Of a stretch of DNA of 64,000 nt, positions 1-11,200 are shown piece after piece. The stretch is taken from assembly GCA_963783375.1 (NCBI GenBank), contig CAWANH010000028.1, forward strand, positions 160,001-224,000, given 5' to 3'. The notes beneath the pieces were generated by a model, which saw only the letters and a list, made by a program, of their open reading frames with translations, was not told the origin of the DNA and ran no database searches. Made by a program: the position numbers and the translations under genes. Numbering within the stretch: the first letter of the stretch is position 1; every line of letters begins with the position of its first letter. The stretch is from Candidatus Eiseniibacteriota bacterium. Lineage in GTDB: Bacteria > Eisenbacteria > RBG-16-71-46 > JABDJR01.

Positions 1-352
1 GGACACCGAGCCCGGCGGTACGGAAGTAGCCCTCGATGACGAACCGGGCGGCTTCCTCCTGATCCTCGAATACCAGCACCCGCCCCCAGTATCCCTCGAT
101 CAGGCCGAGGAGCGCCTCGAACCCAGGAGCTTGGGCCGACTGGATCCAGGACTCGATCCCGTCCGACTCCAGGACCTTCTGCACGGTGGCCGCCGCCAAC
201 TCATCCGGTGCCAGGTAGACGATCCTCGCCTGCAGGACCCGGTCCTGTCCGGGCTCCTCTTCGACCGCGATCCGGGGCGCCACCTTGACCCCGCATTCCG
301 GGCAAAAGTCCACACCGCTCGCGCCCATCCCGCAGTTCGGGCAGATGTCCAT
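1..352 (-). CDS. Zinc-ribbon / DUF2007-like small protein (3' end runs off the window)
   Basis: Hand translation from ATG 352, with GGAGGT RBS at 361-366: MDICPNCG..DFCPECG..IVYLAPDELAAATVQKVLESDGIESWIQ..RVLVFEDQEEAARFVIE. Two CxxC pairs followed by a DUF2007-like segment. Not in the ORF track. Confidence 0.7.
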   Translation of the reverse strand, partial: MDICPNCGMGASGVDFCPECGVKVAPRIAVEEEPGQDRVLQARIVYLAPDELAAATVQKVLESDGIESWIQSAQAPGFEALLGLIEGYWGRVLVFEDQEEAARFVIEGYFRTAGLGV

Positions 353-438
353 GCCGTCGCACCTCCGAAACGCCGACTCCAGCCGCCGTTCAGCCCGATA
401 TCCTAGCACACCGACCCTCGGTCGGAGCCCCACGAATA

Positions 439-470
439 GGACGCCCCCCGCCTTCCGGCGAGGGGCGTCC
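439..470 (-). terminator. Stem-loop downstream of the OmpA-domain gene
   Basis: GGACGCCCC..GGGGCGTCC inverted repeat ~30 bp after the stop codon. Confidence 0.5.
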
Positions 471-502
471 AAGGAGGTTCCGATGTTCCGCAGTTCGCGA
501 CG

Positions 503-2134
503 CTACTTCTCGACCACCACGAACTGGATACGGCGATTCCGGGCACGCCCGAGATCCGTATCGTTGCTGTCGATAGGCTGCGATTCGCCGAAGCCGCGGG
601 TATCCAAGCGGCTGGCATCGATGCCCTTCTTCACCAGGTACTGCTTCACGGCCTCGGCCCGCTTCTGCGAGAGGGTCATGTTGTACTGGTCGCTCCCGAT
701 GTTGTCGGTGTGACCCTGGATCTCCACCCGGATCTCCGGGTGCTCGTTCATGATCCGAACCACGTCGTCAAGAACCGGGATCGGATCAGCGCCGCTGATT
801 TCGGCCGTCCCGAACTTGAAGTTGATGTGGGCCAGGGGGAAGTAGATCGGAGCATCGTCCGGGCACCCGTCCGTATCCTCGTATCCGTTGAAGGTCTCGG
901 CCTCGTTCGGACACTTGTCGTCCTTGTCCAGGATGCCGTCCCCGTCGTTGTCGAGATCGGGGCAGCCGTCCTGATCCTCGTACCCGTCGAAGTCCTCGGG
1001 CTGGTTCGGGCACTGGTCGTTCACGTCCAGGATGCCGTCACCGTCGTTGTCGAAGTCCGGGCAGCCGTCGGTGTCCTGATAGCCGTCGAAGTCCTCGGGC
1101 TGGTCGGGGCACTGATCGTCCGCGTCGGCGATGCCGTCGTGGTCCCGGTCCCTCACCCCGCCGGCCGCCCGGTACATGTCCCGGTGCTCGCCGAAATCGA
1201 GGGTGACCGAGAACCGATGGTTCTCGTTCAGGAAGCTCTGGGGCTCGACCACGTAGGCGTAGTCGAAACGGAAGAACTTCACTCCGAGGCCGATGCCTCC
1301 GGCGAAGCTTCCGTCATCCACGCCCAGGCGCAGGGCGCCGGAGAAATCCTCGCTGAACGGCATCCAGTACTCGCCGCCTCCGTGGAAGCGGTAGTTCTCA
1401 TCGTCACGAGTCTTCTCCACGTCCGCACCGAGGGTGAGGCCGTCCACCGGCGCCACCGAAGCTCCGAAGCGGAGGTTGGAAGGAATGTCGTTGACGTTGC
1501 CGTTCTTCTGGTCCCCGACCGATGTGAACAGATCCTGGACCATGATGCCCAGCCGGATGTACTCGGTGACCGCGAACTGCGCGCCCATATCGAGTCCCAG
1601 GCCGTTCACGCTGCCTTCGTTGCTGCCGTTACTGGTGGTTCCGAGATCCTGGGTCACCAGCTTGCCGCTGATGCCCAGATTCAACGGACCGGTCATGGTC
1701 GCCGCCGACAGCATGAGGGCGTTCTCGGAGAAGTTGAACTGGCTGCCCGAGGACCCGTCCAGACGGGTCTCGGTCAGGTTGTCGGTGCTCGCGTTGATCC
1801 ATGTGAATCCCAACGCGAACTTGTCGAAGCCGTAGGCCAGCCCGACGTAGTTGTGGTTACGATCGAAGGTCATTCCACCGGTCATCATCCCGGTGGCGCT
1901 GAACCCTCGGAGAAGGGACAGGCCTGCGGGGTTCCAGTAGCCGGCCGAAACATCGTTCGCGGTCGCGCTACCAACACCGCCCATCCCGAAGTACCTGGCT
2001 CCTACGCCCGCGCGCAGAAAAGCCGCCCCGTGGTTGCTCTGCTGATCCGCGGCGAAGACCGCCGTCGGGGCCGCAGCCGCGAGGAGCAGGCTCACCAACG
2101 CAAGGGCCCACGCGCCTCGGTTCCTACGAAACAT
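503..2134 (-). CDS. PorV/PorQ(UPF0164)-like outer-membrane barrel fused to TSP3-like Ca-binding repeats and an OmpA peptidoglycan-binding domain
   Basis: Signal peptide after MFRRNRG (AAGGAGGT RBS). GAAFLRAGVGARYFGMGG..ANDVSAGYWNPAGL is the PorV/FadL-type N-terminal motif; FDYAY..HRFSV ends the barrel. Three ~33-aa DxDGIxDxxDxCP repeats. C-terminal VEIQGHTDNIGSDQYNMTLSQKRAEAV..GRARNRR. Confidence 0.85.
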   Translation of the reverse strand: MFRRNRGAWALALVSLLLAAAAPTAVFAADQQSNHGAAFLRAGVGARYFGMGGVGSATANDVSAGYWNPAGLSLLRGFSATGMMTGGMTFDRNHNYVGLAYGFDKFALGFTWINASTDNLTETRLDGSSGSQFNFSENALMLSAATMTGPLNLGISGKLVTQDLGTTSNGSNEGSVNGLGLDMGAQFAVTEYIRLGIMVQDLFTSVGDQKNGNVNDIPSNLRFGASVAPVDGLTLGADVEKTRDDENYRFHGGGEYWMPFSEDFSGALRLGVDDGSFAGGIGLGVKFFRFDYAYVVEPQSFLNENHRFSVTLDFGEHRDMYRAAGGVRDRDHDGIADADDQCPDQPEDFDGYQDTDGCPDFDNDGDGILDVNDQCPNQPEDFDGYEDQDGCPDLDNDGDGILDKDDKCPNEAETFNGYEDTDGCPDDAPIYFPLAHINFKFGTAEISGADPIPVLDDVVRIMNEHPEIRVEIQGHTDNIGSDQYNMTLSQKRAEAVKQYLVKKGIDASRLDTRGFGESQPIDSNDTDLGRARNRRIQFVVVEK

Positions 2135-2197
2135 CACCGTTACCTCCTTGCTCATCCCTGCAGCGCTTCCTCTTTGAGTGCCGCTCAGCAAAGGCGC

Positions 2198-2223
2198 CGG
2201 GGGGCCGGCCTTCCGGCCCCCCG
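2198..2223 (-). terminator. 11-bp perfect stem-loop between the giant gene and the barrel-OmpA gene
   Basis: CGGGGGGCCGG-CCTT-CCGGCCCCCCG with only a weak U tract; partial terminator or mRNA stabiliser. Confidence 0.5.
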
Positions 2224-2230
2224 ACCCTTA

Positions 2231-5200
2231 TTACTTCTCGTTCCAGATCGCGAGCTTCAGGACCCGAGGCTCCTGCCGCGAGCCGTCGTTGACCACGATC
2301 CGGATCAGGTACACACCGTTGGAGAGGTCGCGACCGTCTTCGGTCTGACCGCCCCAGGCGATGTTCACCGGACCGATGCCCTTCGTGCCCTTGAAGATCG
2401 TGGCCACGTAGTCGCCGGCCCAGTCATAGGCCGTGACTTCGACGTCAGCAGGCTTGTTCAGGTTGAACATGATCTGCGCGTCGGTGCCGGTCATCGGGTT
2501 GAAGGGGTTCGGAACCACCTTCGCGCCCAGGACCTGCACCACGTTCCCACCGATCTGGAAGGAGCAGGTGGAGCTGAACTTGTTACCCAGCTTGTCCTGA
2601 CCGGAGATGGTCACGACGTAGGTGCCGGTCATCAGCAGATTCCCACCGTTGGTGATCTTGAAGCTGATGCCGCTGGAGTCGATGTTCATCTCCTCGACCG
2701 TCGGCGTCGAGCCGTCAGGCGCCGTCACCTTGACCGTCGGAGCCGGGTCGGTCTGGACTCCCGAGCCACCGTCGACGAAGCTCGCCGTGAAGGTGTAGCT
2801 GGTCGACTGGATCACCGGGGTCCCGGGCTCCCCGCCGCCGCAGACCACGCCGGGCGACGAAGGCACCACCGTCGGAGCGGTCAGGTCCACCAGGAACCGC
2901 TGCTCCACATACCGACTACCCGCGTTGAACACGTTGTCCATCACCCCGCGGGTGTAGACCACGTACTCCTGACCGGCCGCGTCGAACTTGATGGGCCCGA
3001 AGGCGGCCATCTTGTCCAGAGCCGCCTGCAGCTCGGCGCTGATCGTCGGCTCACCGCCCTGCATGATCAGCCGGTCGCTGTAGAGGACGATCTCCAGAAC
3101 CGCGCCGTCGTGGATCCGATGACCGCCGGTCAACACCGCCAGCGGCACGCTCAGGGTGTCGCCGGGCTGGTAGGTGTCCAACGAGGGCGTGATGTACGGA
3201 GCCAGGGCGTCCGCGGTGCCGGTGTAGATCAGAGTCCGCTCTTCGATGTTGTCGATGTCGGACTGGCTGCCGGTCCCGCAGGTCTGGCAATCGTCGATCA
3301 CCCAGACGTCGTACTTGAACCCACCGTCGCCGGGCAGGATCTCGTCGCAGTCCATGCCGTATGCGCCGTACACCTCACAGAGCTCCTCGGCATTCTCCTG
3401 CTCGCAGTAGTCGGAACCGTTCGACGTGTAGTCGTCGATGCGATCCTCACGGAACAGGAGGCCCGAGCCGCCGTCGTACATCTTCACGGTCAGGATGTTC
3501 TGGTCGAGGTTCGTGTAGCCCGCCGCGAACTTGAGCAGCGGACTGCCGACGAACCCGCCGTGGAACTCGATGTAGGGCGCGGTACGGTCGACGTTGAAGT
3601 CGAACGTGTAGTCGTCGCCCACCGTGTTCCCCTGGTCGTCCTTGAAGACGATCTTGGCGGTGTGAGGCCCTTCCTTCAGCGCGTCGTTGTTGTCGCAGGT
3701 GTGGCGGTACTCCCAGCCGACCGTCTGGTCGTCCTGGCTGGCGTACTCCCAGTCGAACTCCGAGCCCGGATAGAGGAACCAGTCTTCATAGCTGCTGTAG
3801 ACCAGCTTTCCGTCCAGGTAGAACTCGAAGCTGCCGGAGTCGATGCCGCTGCCCGGGCTGCGGAGGATGCCGCGCAGGATCGGGTCCTGATCCGTGTACC
3901 CCGACCAGGCCGGCGAAGCCGAGATCTCGACCGGCGCCGCCTTGTCGGTAGCCACCACCGCCCAGATCGCAGGAGAGATCTGCTTGCTCTTGAAGCGGAT
4001 GGTGTAGCTGGTGGTGTCCTCACCCGAGACGTTCGGCGTCACCACGACGTTGGTGATGTTCTTGCCGTCCCAGGCATGGCCGTCCCAGCGGCGGACCGTG
4101 AGCTTCATCGGGTTGATCGCGCTGCCGTCGGCATGGTGGAGCAGGTTCGACGCCACCGTGACCCACAGCGTGGCCTCGTAGCCCGCGTGGGCATTGACGC
4201 CGTCCGTGACTTCCCAGGTCGACGTGTGGAGCGAGGTCCGGTAGGCCTGCCCGATGGTGTCGATGTAGCGATCCTGCCACGGCGGCGTGGTCGGCATGTC
4301 CGTCGGCTTGATGAGGAGACCGTAGTCGTGGCTGTAGGCACTGGCCGGCACCTCGACCGCGAACGCGTCGTTCGCCCCGTTCCCGTTCACCCCGGCGATG
4401 CCGTTGCTGCCGCGGTTCGGGGTCACCTGGTGGAAGATGATGCTGTTCATCTTCATGTCGGTGTACGGAGCGTGCGTGTCCGAGCTGGTCCGCTGCTTGT
4501 GAGCGGTGGCGTAGACGTCCAGAACCGCGCCCCTCGTCGGGTCGAGCTTGCTGAGGAAGTCAGAGGTCTTGAACATCTGACCCACCCAGGTCTGGGCGTC
4601 GTCCGTCTTCGGATCCATCTCGGGCAGGGCCTCGGCGATGTTGCCGGCGCCGTCCTCGCCCACGATCGCCACGAACGGAGCCACCCAGCCGAAGCCGGTG
4701 TGGACCTCGACCCGCCCGGTCTGGCGGATGTTGCCCGTCACGTAGACCATGGGATCGTCGGTGATGTAGCCGAGCTGCATGTCCACCGGCTCCAGATAGG
4801 TGCGGCCGAAGACATCCTTCATCGGCTGGACGGTGAGGGTCGGGGTGTTCTGGAGGTCGTAGAGACCGCCGAACACGTTCGTGTCGCCGGACAGCGGCTT
4901 GATCCCGCCCTGACCGGGGACCAGACCCATGAGGGTCGCGTCGCCCGGCTTGGCCGGAATCGCGTCGGCGGCGACCGCCCGCAGCTCGTACTGCTTGGTG
5001 TCGTCCAGGTTCGAGGTCACGAACTCGGCGTACCACAGATCCTGCGGCATCAGCCACTCACCGCGCGCGACCATGTCGAGCGTCACGTCGGTGAAGGTCG
5101 AGGTGCCGATCGTGGTCCACGGCTCGCCGTCCACGCCCGCCAGGCGGTACTGGAAGAAGACCGTCGCCGCTTCCTTCTCACCGAAGGTGAGTCCGTACAC

Positions 5201-8200
5201 GCGGTCGATGGTCGACTTCGAGATCGCGCCCTTCAGATGCGGGTTGAACGCCGAGACCTGGGCCAGAGGCACCGCGACGTTGCGCACGGTGACGGTCACG
5301 ATGTTGTGGCTGTCGCCGCAGTTGGCCGCATCGTCGGTGGCCTGGGCCTTGACCTCGTACTGACCCTCGGAGAGGCCGGTGGTGTTCCACCGGACGCCCC
5401 ACAGGCCGAGCGCGTCGTCGTAGCCCGCGGTGCCCAGGAACTGCCAGGCGCCGTAGCTCTGGCCGGGCGTCTCGGTCACACCCTTGGTGACGACCATCGG
5501 GCGGACGAAGAACTGCACCTCGGCCACGCCGGTGGAGTCGTTGACTCCGGCGCCGGGGATGTTGGGCTCGTCGTCATCCGCGGTGGCGTAGACCAGGATC
5601 TGGTCGCCGGCCGACACGTCGGTGATCTGGTTGTTGTCGATCGGATCGATCGTCGTCTCGTGCCCGTTCGGATCGTGTCCCACGATGTGGAAGTGGGTGA
5701 TCTCGAGATCCGGGTCCACGTTGTCCACGATGGTCCGCGCCGCCACGATCGAGGTCTTCGTGTTGCCCGCGACGTCGCTGGCCACGATCCGCCAGTCGAC
5801 GAGGTAGGCGTTGTACCCGAAGAGGTCGAGCACGTCGGCGGTCGAGCTGTACCGCGTCTTGAAGCCGTCGTACATCGTCATGGCCTGGAAGCTGTGCCAG
5901 TTCGAGTCGACGTCCTCATCCGCGGAGTACTTCCACTCCCAGGTCACGCAGTTGTTCCAGGAGTTCTTGTAGTCCACGTCCTTGTCGGCGGTCTGGGCGA
6001 TCAGGTCGGCCACCCGCTGATCGGGATCGCACACCGTGCCCTCACCCGCCACGTTCTCGGGAACGATCACGTTCCCGGCGATCGGACGGATGCCGGTGAA
6101 GGTCGGGCCGGTGCGGTCCACCACGATGTAGATCGCCGGCAGGGTGTTGGTGGTGTGGTTCATGAAGTTCCCGGCGTCATCCTTGGCCTCGGCCACCATC
6201 TGGTAGGTGGCGCCGGAGACCAGCCCTGCGGTGTTCCAGTTGTAGAGCACCCAGGTCTGGATGTTGTCCAGGTCCTTCATATCCACGTCGGCGTCGGCCA
6301 TCTCCCAGGCACCCGTGGTCGGCTTCACCTGGCGGTACCAGAACTTCACGTCCTGGGTGTCGGTGCTGCCGTCCAGGATCCGGGCCCACACCTGGTTCAC
6401 GCCGTTGATCCGCAGCGTGTCAGGGTTCTCGACGAAGCTCGCTTCGCCGGTCGTGCAGGCCGCGCCGGAGAGGTCGCGATCCAGGCCCACGATCGTGGCG
6501 ACCGGGGGCTGGGTGTCGGCGACCGTCAGCTGGGCCTCGCCACCGGTAAGCTCACTGTGAGCCACGACCGATGTGCTGTTGCACACCAGGTCGCTGACCG
6601 CGACCGAGATGTCGTAGGTCATGCCAGGAGAGAGCGGCTTTCCGTCCGGATCCCGGTAACCGTTGGTATCCCAGTGGAACGCGTAGGGCCGGGTCTGGTC
6701 CGGGTTGTCGTTCGTCGGGGCGATGCCCGCCGTGCCCGGAAGCTGGATCCACGATCCGTCAGCGTTCAGGTCGCTGTGCAGCTTGTAGAAGAAGGTCACG
6801 ACCAGGTCGTTGTCCACGAAGTCCGTGGTCGACCCGCCCTTGGCCTCGATCAACACGCCGTCCTTGCTGTTCCGCTCCACGCTGCTGGTGGCCTGCCCGT
6901 TCGCGAGAACGGAGGTCATCGTGGGAGCGGTGTTATCCACCTGCAGGCGGTAGTAGGCGATCTCGCCGGACTCCGCGTTACCCCAGGCGTCGACCGCCCG
7001 GGCGCGGACCCAGACCTCGGTCCCGTCGACGGCCGGGTCGTACCAGACCGGCTTGCCGTCGGCCCCGAGGAGCTTGGTGTCCCAGCTGATCGTCCAGACC
7101 GGACCCTGGTGCGACGCGGCGTCGGTCACCCCGGGCTTCGGCACGAGAACCAGCCCGTCCGGACACCGGTACTCGCACTCACCGTCTCCGATCGGGATCC
7201 AGGCGTCCGCGGCCGGCTGACCGGCTCCGGTCACCCACTGGCCCTCGAAGATCACCCGGCCGCCGTCCATGGAGGCGTCGCCCTGCGGGGTTGCCGCGGC
7301 GAGTTCCACCGTGCGGGCGACCACGCCCACCGTCTTGGCGCCGTTCGGGCTCTGGGCGAGAACCGTCTCGTCGATGCCGTAGCCGTCGACGCTCTGCCCA
7401 CCGAACACGATCGGGGTCAACGGGTAGGTCGAGCACTCGTCGCCCGACACCACCGCCTCGAGCTGGGTGTCATCCGGCGGGGTCACGTCCTGCACCGACA
7501 CGACGTCCTCGGCGAAGTCCCCGCCGCAGTTCCCGGCGAAGTCGCGGACCGCCACATCGATGGTGTAGAGACTGTCCGTGCTCCCGGGCAGGTTGGTCGG
7601 CGTCGTCCAGTCGATCTTCCAGAGGTCGTCCGCGCCGTCCGGGGTGTTGTTGTCGTCCAGGGTGCCGAGCCCGATGACGTGGCTGTCACCGCCGCCGACA
7701 CGGTAGGAGAACTGCACCACCAGGTGGTCGCTGGACTGGTTCTTGATGTCCTGGTTGAGAGGCCACTCGCCGCTCGGGTAGCTGAACCAGAGACCGTCGT
7801 TGATGCTCGCGGCCAACGGCACCACGTCACCACCGGCCACGTGGACGGTGTTGCCCTCGGCGCCGCCCCCGGCCTCGAACTGCCGGTTGCCCGCATAGAT
7901 CCACAGGGGCTCGGGATCCCAGGCGTCGAGCCGCAGCCAGACGCCGGGGCTCGCTTCGTTGGTGTTGCAGGCGTAGTCGGTGGCCCGCACCCGGAATCGG
8001 TAGACCTTGGACGGAAGGTTGCTCCCGGCCGCGGACTGCATGGCGCTCATCAGGGCGTCGACGCTGTCCACGGTGAGCTGCCACTTGCCGTCAGGATTCA
8101 GGTCGTTGCCCTGGGCGTCCCGGTACTCGAATCCGTCGAGCAACTGGGCGCCGCTGAGGCTCCGCCACACCCCGTTCTCGGGGTTGGTCACGTCGTCGTA

Positions 8201-11200
8201 GAACTCCAGGCTCATCGAGTCGATGGCCTCGGTGTCCCCGGCCACGTCGGTGGCGGCGGCGAGGAAGGTGATCTCCCGGCTCAGATCCGGGCAGATCCCC
8301 GTTTCCTTGTCGGCCAGGTCGGCACGGATGACCGGCGGATCGGCCGGCATGTCCTGATCGCCGTCCTGACCGCTCAGGGTCTCGGGTCCGACCATGGTGA
8401 GCATGAAGTCGGGCGCGGTGTGATCCACGACCACCTTCACCACCGGCAGGTCGTCCGGCGTCCCGTCCCGGGGATCGCTGGTGTCCCCCTGGACGTTGCC
8501 GTCGGCGTCCGTCGCGTAGCTCCGGAGGTAGTAGGTCCCCTCGGCCACCGGATCGGTGTCCCAGTCCACGCTCCAGATCGCCTGGATCGGGGCAGGACCG
8601 GTCTGCAGAGCGTTGTCCACCCCGATCGTGGTCCAGGCGCCGGGCGCCCCGTCCACCTCGGGAGCCATCTGCAGCACGACGGTGGCCACGTCCTTGGAGT
8701 TCCACCCGGTCGCCCGTCCCCAGACCTCGACCGTATGGCTCAGGGCCAGGGTCGGATCGAACGGCTTCTTGAAGTTCCCGTCGAACTGCGGGTCCTCCGG
8801 GAAGCACGGCGAGTAGAACCGCGTGATCGCGGACAGCGGTCCGGTCTGGTCGTTGACGATGATGTTCCGGTTGCAGGCCAGCAGCGGATCGTCGCCCTGA
8901 TCGTTCCCGGCCATGTCGACCGCCCGCGCCCGGAGGGTCACGTAGAAGTCGGAGCCGAGCAGCTGACCGAGGAACGAGGTGTCCCACGTGCAGCTCCACC
9001 CGTCGCTTCCGTCGGCGTCCCACGTCGGGTCGTCGCTGTTGAGCGGCGTGCAGTCGATCGTGTTCCAGGACGAGCCGCCGTTCAGGCTGTACTCGAACTG
9101 GACGTAGTCGATGTCCGTGTCGCTGCTCGTGGCCGACATCTGGATGGTGTCGCCCAGGGCCACGATGTAGCCGTCCTGAGGCCAGCTCAGGCACGCCTGC
9201 GGCACCGCCGCGTCCACGGTGATCTCGCTGCAGACCGGCGGCGTCTGGGCCCGCGGGTGGCTGCACGAGTACCCCGTGTTGTAGCAGTCGTCCACCGTGA
9301 CCGCCCGCACCTGGTAGGTGTAGACCGCCTCGGCCGCGTCGTCGGTGACGCCGTCACGGTTGTTGTCGATCCCGTCGGTGAGCGGGTTCATCCAGGACGG
9401 CAGAGTAAAGGTGCCGCCCCAGCCGCCGTCGTAGTTCAGGAACACGGGTCCCGAGTCCTGATTCACGTCGTCGCGGTAGATGGTCCGCCAACGGGTACCC
9501 AGGTCGTCCATGGAGACCTGGACGATCATCGACGTCAGCTTGATCACGTCGGCGGTCGGGGTGCCGGTGTCCGGCGCCTCGACGTTGACCTGGAGCTGGG
9601 AGCCCGGGGCCACCGTGGTCTTGCTGAACCAGATGCTCTTCACCTTCTCCGGGGTCGGATCGTAGGTGACCCAGATCTGCCCCAGCGCACCGCCGAATCC
9701 GTTGCCGGACATCAAGTTGGTGCTGCTGTTCCCCGAGGTGTCGGCCACGGTCACGGTCACCGCGTTCAGGGTGTTCACCCCGAACAGGGCGCCCGGATCG
9801 GTGGTCGAGTAGTACCAGAGCTCGGCCGGAACGGAGATCGCCGACAGCGAGTGCCGCGGGTCGGCGAAGTTCGTGATCTGGTCGTCACCGTAGAGATCCA
9901 CGCTGAACGTGTACGCGTAGGTGCCGTCCAGCGGGAGGGTGGCCATGTAGGTGTAGACGCCGTCCCCGGCGACCTGGTCGCCGTTGGTGCCGTCGTCGTA
10001 CATCGTCGCGTTGGTCACGCTGATCCCGGGGACGCTGATGGTCACGTTCTCGACGGAGTCCGGGTTCACCGCCTTGGTGCTGAAGCCGTTGGCGGCGACG
10101 TCGGCCAGGTCGTCGATGTAGAGCGTGATCGGCATGGTGATCGAGGTGTCGCCGGTCAGCTTCGTGAAGTTGACCGCGGCGCCCTGACCGACCCGCATGG
10201 TGACCGAGTCCCAGTCGGAGCCGTCATCGAAGGCGATGGCGGCATCCGTCACGCCCGCCGCCTGGCCCGCGTCGATCAGGCGGGACGGGGTGACGAAGAA
10301 CTGCTCCTCGATGCCGGAGAGCTTCGACTTGCTGGAGCCGACGTCCCCAACCAGGTCGTTCCCACCCACGCTTTCGCAGAGGGGGTTCCCGGGCAGGTCA
10401 TCGTTCCGGTAGTCGAGGCCCCAGACCGAGAAGATCGGGGCTGCGGTGTCGTTGATCGGCCGCGCGAAGCCCTCGGTCACGCAGTCCTCGCCGCAGGGCG
10501 TGTACCCGTTGTAGGTACGGTAGACCGAAGCCATCAGGTCGTAGTGCGTGGTGGCCGAATAGTTCGGGACCGGCACCAGCCCGCCGCTGTCGGCATCCCA
10601 GGCCACCGAGTACGGGGACACGCTGTCCCCGCTGGCGATCAGGGTGCAGTCGGTGATGTTGTAGTCGAGCTTCACGACGTCGTCGGCGGCCATGGGTCCG
10701 CCGAACTCCAACTCGCCCGCTCCGGTGATGGTGTAGGCCATCTTGTCCCCGGGGGTCAGCGCCGCGAAGTCGGCCGTGGAGTACCACTGCGCCGCCGTGC
10801 CGTTCACCCAGACCGTTTCGCTCCCGTGCTGTCCGGTGGCGCCGTGGGCCCAGATGCTGTAGTCGGCGGTCGCCGTGTAGGGGTAGGCGTTCGAGACGCT
10901 CAGCATCTCGCCCACCACCCGCTCGGCATAGTAGAAGTTCACCGCGATGCCGGTGTTGTCGTTCGGATCGTCCAGCTCCGCCCGAAGGACCACTTCCTCA
11001 CCCGGCGTCAGGCTCGAGACCTCGATCCCGTTCTTGCTGACCGAGGTGATGTGAGCGGTCTGGCTGTTCAGGCTGAACCAGTATGGGTTCTTGAAGATCG
11101 GCGTCGCGTTCCCGTTGATGTCGTAGCCGCGAGGGAAGAACTGGTACACGCCGTCCGAGAGCCCCGAGACGTCCCAGGTGAACTCGTAGGGATAGGTCGT

